Of a stretch of 64,000 bases of DNA, positions 59,420-64,000 are shown one piece after another (the stretch's first letter is position 1; each line of letters opens with the position of its first letter). Under the pieces are notes generated by a model. That model was not told where the DNA came from. It worked only from the letters and a program-made list of their open reading frames with translations, and made no database searches. This stretch comes from a bacterium (GTDB lineage Bacteria > SAR324 > NAC60-12), in NCBI GenBank assembly GCA_965209155.1, contig OZ242383.1:992001-1056000 (forward strand), in the 5' to 3' direction. The translations under genes and the position numbers were made by a program.

Positions 59420-60172
59420 TTAACCCGGAGGGGTTTGCAGTTCTTTCTGAAGACGAGGCCAAATCAAGTTCGGCATTGCTCCATGAGTGTCACATGGAAC
59501 CAAGGTCGGTTGAATCCCAAGGCGCATTTTGGTAAATTCCGCAAATTCCCCGGGATTCCCCTTTTGGTCGCTTAATCCATAAAAAATTGCTTGTTCCACC
59601 AATTGGCGCACTCCGGGATTCAATCTGCGACGTCCGATACTGGGAGGAGTGGGATCGATGAAGATCAATTGATGCGTTATTTCCGCATATTTAGAATGTT
59701 CTTGTAAAAATCGCAAAATCGCCTCACCGCCCAAAGAATAACCCAAAAGCACTATTTTTTGTTTTTCTGGTCGAATAGCGAACTGGTACAAATGAACCAA
59801 CTGAGACAAGTATATGGGAATCGACGTTTCCGGAGGGGTATTGAGCTTTTCGGCATGAGGATTTAAAATGATCAGTCCCATATTTTCAGGCAAATATCGA
59901 AAAAAAGGCGCCATCGTCGTCTTGGCCAATAATTCGTTTCGACGGTTGCTTTCTTCCAGCAACGAATATGCCCAAACCCCAGCAACTTCAGGCCAGCCCG
60001 AACAAATAATTACTATTTTTTCGGCATTTTCATAATCCCGAGAAACCGGTAATTTTGCGGTACTTTTGGGAGGAACAATGTATTCAATCCATCCTTCCGC
60101 TTCCAATTCATGGAGAACCTGTTCCGCTTTTCCGTTCAAATCCTCCAAATTCCATGCTTCTGAAAACAACAT
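59420..60172 (-). CDS. Alpha/beta hydrolase-like protein
   Basis: GYSLGG nucleophile elbow and a late His; family uncertain. Confidence 0.6.
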   Translation of the reverse strand: MLFSEAWNLEDLNGKAEQVLHELEAEGWIEYIVPPKSTAKLPVSRDYENAEKIVIICSGWPEVAGVWAYSLLEESNRRNELLAKTTMAPFFRYLPENMGLIILNPHAEKLNTPPETSIPIYLSQLVHLYQFAIRPEKQKIVLLGYSLGGEAILRFLQEHSKYAEITHQLIFIDPTPPSIGRRRLNPGVRQLVEQAIFYGLSDQKGNPGEFAEFTKMRLGIQPTLVPCDTHGAMPNLIWPRLQKELQTPPG

Positions 60173-60200
60173 GACGATCTTTTAATCGGCTAAAACTCGC

Positions 60201-60959
60201 TTAAAACAGAACTTGAGGTTTTACTGTTTCCAATGCTTCCTGAATTGCCAGGCGGAAGTGTTCCCGATTGGGAAAACCTCCAGTGGTATACTCCGCTTCC
60301 GTGTATTGTTGCTGGTATTCTCTTTTTTTATTGACCATTTTCAATTGTTCCTGGTCCTCTTTTTTTCCCAATGATTTCATTCTGAAAACATACTGGATTT
60401 CCATAATCGACTCATGAATCCGCAACAAACAAACCACGAAATCCAAAGCTGCATATTCTCTTGAATCGGGGGGAACCAGCTTGACTTCCGTAAACTTTTG
60501 CTTCGATTTTTCATATTTTTTTTGAAAACGAAATTGGCTTTCGAAGGTTTGAATAAAACTCTGCAACATGGGTAAGAGTTTCAATTTGACGTCGATTTTC
60601 CCTTGAGAATAAATACTTTCTCCACCATATAAAAGAAACAGACTCCCGCTTTTGTCTGTAATTTGATAGTCAGTTGCCAATTCAAACGTCCAGTTGAATA
60701 CTTTTTCCTCCTCCGGATCAAAATCAATATTTTCAGCTAATACCCGAGACTGAAGCTCAGTCCATGCCTGCGGTTCTTTTGCTTTGATTTTTTTAAAGAC
60801 CCCGTAGGCCAATAAGAGCTGAAGTTCTTGACAAGAAGTCGCTTTGTTTTCCGAATTCTTGACACGTAAGGATCCATTCAAGATAGCTCCTTGTTCCCAT
60901 TCTTCACCTGCTACGTTCAGGTGATATTCAAGTGGATGCTGAAAAAAGAACCCTTTCAT
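60201..60959 (-). CDS. Hypothetical protein
   Basis: 252-aa ORF with host-like composition. Confidence 0.7.
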   Translation of the reverse strand: MKGFFFQHPLEYHLNVAGEEWEQGAILNGSLRVKNSENKATSCQELQLLLAYGVFKKIKAKEPQAWTELQSRVLAENIDFDPEEEKVFNWTFELATDYQITDKSGSLFLLYGGESIYSQGKIDVKLKLLPMLQSFIQTFESQFRFQKKYEKSKQKFTEVKLVPPDSREYAALDFVVCLLRIHESIMEIQYVFRMKSLGKKEDQEQLKMVNKKREYQQQYTEAEYTTGGFPNREHFRLAIQEALETVKPQVLF

Positions 60960-61216
60960 GACAAAATACTATTTGAATCGTTGACAGACAGGCGGAAGGC
61001 CCAATGCGGGGCAAGCCGTATTTTACCGATTTGATGGGTTCTTCCACGTCCGTGAACTGCAGGGATACCAATTTAAGTGGAGTATAGAAATTAAAAATTG
61101 AATTGAAAGGATATGCGAGTACCGGCCATAACGGGGATGGTGAACCAGTGAGGATGTAAAGCGGGATAAAGGGTCTTTATTCCGTCTTAGTTTTTGATTC
61201 AATATCTTGTATTCAT

Positions 61217-61935
61217 CTACCAACGGAGTTTCTTCAGAAATCGTTTGAATACACTTTCTTCAGCCTGAGATTGTTGGTCTTCGGAGCTTTCTTGTTCTTG
61301 CTCTGTAACAACTTGGGAAGCCGTGTCTTCCGAATCCTCTTTATCCGGCACTGCTTCAACCTGTTCGGTCAGGTCTTGCGCATCCTCTTTTTCCTGCACT
61401 GCTTCAACTTGTGAGCGTTCTTCACGGGTCTCCAATGTTGCTTCAGAAATTTTATCTTCCGTAATTCCTTGATCTGTCTCAGTGGAAAGTTGTTGGCTCA
61501 CTTCCGACAAGATCGTATCGCTTGATTTTGCTTGTTGTGGGGTAGATTTCTTTTTGCGTGTCGAGAGAAGGTCATTGGGTCCATCAAGCAGTTGCACAAT
61601 TGCCATTTGCGCTCCATCTCCCAATCGTCGGTTTGCGATTTTGATAATTCTGGAATAGCCCCCGTTTCTTTCTTCATATCTCTCGGCTAATTCACCAAAT
61701 AAAGTTGACATGGCTGTCTTGGATTTGACAAACTTCAGAGCCTGTCGGCGAGCATGAAGATCACCTCGTTTTCCTAATGTAATCATTTTATCGAGGGGCT
61801 TTCTCAACTGTTTGGCGCGGGTCAGAGTACAAGTAATTTGTTCGTTTTCCAAGAGGGAAGTGACTAAATTTCTCATCATGGCCCGACGATGAGCAGTAGT
61901 TACTCCAAGCGTTTACCTGCTTTCAAATGACGCAT
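61217..61935 (-). CDS. rplQ: 50S ribosomal protein L17 with an acidic C-terminal extension (apparent 1-bp deletion near 61905)
   Basis: [10 protein letters not shown] then [13 protein letters not shown]...RNGGYSRI; downstream of rpoA. Confidence 0.93.
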
Positions 61936-61968
61936 AGCAATTCGATGATATTCTGTTGAAAATAAAGC

Positions 61969-62978
61969 TCAACTGGCTATATTATTTTCAAAAGGGTTAT
62001 TTGCGGGATCAAAATTTTCCAGTTTCATTCCCAAGGATAATTCCATTGATAACAAAATCGCTTTAATTTCATTCAATGATTTCCGGCCAAAGTTTTTTGT
62101 TTTCAGCATTTCTTGCTCGGTTTTCTGCACCAGGTCTCCTATTGTTTCGATCTTTGCATTTTGTAAACAATTGATCGAACGTACGGATAGTTCCAATTCG
62201 CTGACACTTCGGTATAAATTTTCATTATATACGTGTATTTCCATAGGTGGATCCGGGTCTGGTTCGACCGCCTTTTCATCGAAATTGATAAAAATTTCCA
62301 AGTGTTCTTTCAAGATTTTGGCTGCAAAGGCAATCGCATCTTCTGGTTTAACCGACCCATTACTCCAGAGTTCAAAAATCAATCTATCGTATTCGGTCTG
62401 CTGTCCCACCCGGGCATTTTGAATTTCATAGTTGATTCGTGTTACAGGTGAGTGATTGGAATCCAAATAAATGACGTTGATCGGTAACTCATCTGATTGA
62501 TTCTCCTCGGAAGTGACATAACCTTTATTTTGTCGAACGTAGAGAATCATGCTCAATTTGGCATCTTCGTTCAAAGTGGCAATCTTCAAGTCGGGATTCA
62601 AGACCTCTGCTTTATTGAAGGTAGCAATATCTCCAGCAGTCAATGTACAATCGCCTTCTCCAATCAACTCCAATTCAATGATTCCTTCTTCAAATTGTTT
62701 CAATTCGAGTTCTTTGAGATTGAGGATGATTTGTACGACATCTTCGACAACGCCAGGGATGTGGGAGAATTCATGAGAAACTCCCTCAATCTGGACGGCA
62801 AACACGGCGCTACCCCAAATCGACGACAATAGAATCCGACGTAACGCATGTCCGATTGTTCCACCATATCCCGGCTCCAAGGGTTCAACTATAAATTTTG
62901 CGTATGACTGCTAAAAGTTTTAGGTTCGACTTTAAGACGTTTGGGTTTAGCGATTGCTGTCCAATTTTTTGCGTACAT
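61969..62978 (-). CDS. rpoA: RNA polymerase alpha subunit (apparent 1-bp deletion near 62910)
   Basis: [29 protein letters not shown] and [11 protein letters not shown]. Confidence 0.96.
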
Positions 62979-62997
62979 CTCTATTTCCACACTTGAT

Positions 62998-63384
62998 TTA
63001 GATTCTACGTTGTTTGGGGGGACGACATCCGTTATGAGGAATAGGGGTCACGTCTCGAATACTTGTCACGGTAATTCCTTCTGAGCCAATTGCTCTCAAA
63101 GCCGATTCACGTCCAGCCCCGGGTCCTTTGATATAAACTTCAACTTCTTTCATACCAAATTCTTGCGCTTTACGAGTAGCGTCTTCAGCGGTTATCTTTG
63201 CTGCGAAAGGAGTGTTTTTACGCGATCCTTTAAAGTTGTGTAATCCGGTACTCGACCATGCAATCACGTTCCCTTGGGGGTCAGTCACGCTGATGATGGT
63301 ATTGTTGAATGAAGCCTTAATATGTACTATGCCTTTTTCTACAATCTTTTTTTCTTTCTTTCGAATTGTTTTTTTGGGGGCCAT
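62998..63384 (-). CDS. rpsK: 30S ribosomal protein S11
   Basis: [15 protein letters not shown] and [14 protein letters not shown]. Confidence 0.98.
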   Translation of the reverse strand: MAPKKTIRKKEKKIVEKGIVHIKASFNNTIISVTDPQGNVIAWSSTGLHNFKGSRKNTPFAAKITAEDATRKAQEFGMKEVEVYIKGPGAGRESALRAIGSEGITVTSIRDVTPIPHNGCRPPKQRRI

Positions 63385-63408
63385 TGTTTTATTCCGAAGA
63401 GAGATCCG

Positions 63409-63777
63409 TCATTTTTTTCTTTTTCCAACAATACGCCGTGGCCCTTTGCGGGTTCTGGCATTGGTCTTGGTTCGCTGTCCGCGTGCTGGCAATCCTCGTC
63501 GATGACGCAGACCTCGATAATTTCCCAGATCCATTAAGCGCTTGACATTCAAACTGAATTCCCGTCTCAAATCTCCTTCAACCCGGTATTCATTCTCAAT
63601 CAAAATACGAATCCTGTTGACTTCTTCATCTGATAATCCTTGCACTTTCGTGTCTTTATCAATATCGGTTTTTCGCAAGATTTCGTTGGCAGTGGGGCGA
63701 CCAATTCCATAAATGTAAGTCAAAGCGATTTCCACCCTCTTCCTATTGGGCAAATCAATACCCGCAATTCTTGCCAC
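63409..63777 (-). CDS. rpsM: 30S ribosomal protein S13
   Basis: [20 protein letters not shown] and [10 protein letters not shown]. Confidence 0.98.
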   Translation of the reverse strand: MARIAGIDLPNRKRVEIALTYIYGIGRPTANEILRKTDIDKDTKVQGLSDEEVNRIRILIENEYRVEGDLRREFSLNVKRLMDLGNYRGLRHRRGLPARGQRTKTNARTRKGPRRIVGKRKK

Positions 63778-63795
63778 GTCTCACTCCTCTCTGCG

Positions 63796-63909
63796 TTATC
63801 CTTGTCGCTGTTTGTGTTTAGGATTTTCACAAATCATCATTAAAACGCCATACCGCCTGATTACTTTGCACTTTTCACACATTTTTTTAACTGATGAACG
63901 TACTTTCAT
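63796..63909 (-). CDS. rpmJ: 50S ribosomal protein L36
   Basis: [37 protein letters not shown]. Confidence 0.97.
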   Translation of the reverse strand: MKVRSSVKKMCEKCKVIRRYGVLMMICENPKHKQRQG

Positions 63910-63937
63910 TTTATTCTCTTGGAAAACTTGAAAAAAA

Positions 63938-64000
63938 CTATATACGTAATCTTCTTGCGCTCACCTGACGTCTTCTGCTTTTTCGCATGAACCCATCATA
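63938..64000 (-). CDS. secY: SecY C-terminus (partial)
   Basis: [11 protein letters not shown]...* immediately upstream of rpmJ. Confidence 0.7.
   Translation of the reverse strand, partial: YDGFMRKSRRRQVSARRLRI

Noticed and set aside
60965..61210. Structured RNA (6S or riboswitch) after rplQ
   Set aside because: No motif I can support by eye; needs an Infernal search

Overview
Bacterial chromosome segment, probably a deltaproteobacteria-like organism (SAR324-like is only a guess). Housekeeping genes lie at both ends: def, lpxK, ispH and rdgB on the left; a cysteine desulfurase, two hypothetical genes and the end of the spc/alpha ribosomal operon (secY, rpmJ, rpsM, rpsK, rpoA, rplQ) on the right. 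Between them is a ~55 kb island (about 3349-58200), mostly on the minus strand. It holds one catabolic cluster (amidase, SDR2, Gfo/Idh/MocA, SDR1, cupin, HpcH aldolase, two acyl-CoA dehydrogenases) as at least five colinear, diverged copies. The most complete copy lies to the right; copies further left are generally reduced by internal deletions to mosaics of gene ends. Eight toxin-antitoxin pairs sit between or at the breakpoints of these copies, and three of the four leftmost pairs have dead toxins beside retained antitoxins. At the right end an integrase arm-binding domain is fused in frame to a pseudokinase-NTPase-GAF-sigma54 activator. Near the left end is an orphan CRISPR-like repeat-spacer-repeat. 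The island also carries an ISL3 element, REP-type palindromes and an agl-like sugar ABC transporter. Single-base frameshifts in rpoA and rplQ indicate residual indel errors in the assembly, so isolated 1-bp frameshifts elsewhere are not reliable evidence of pseudogenes. All family assignments were made by eye from motifs; no database search was run.
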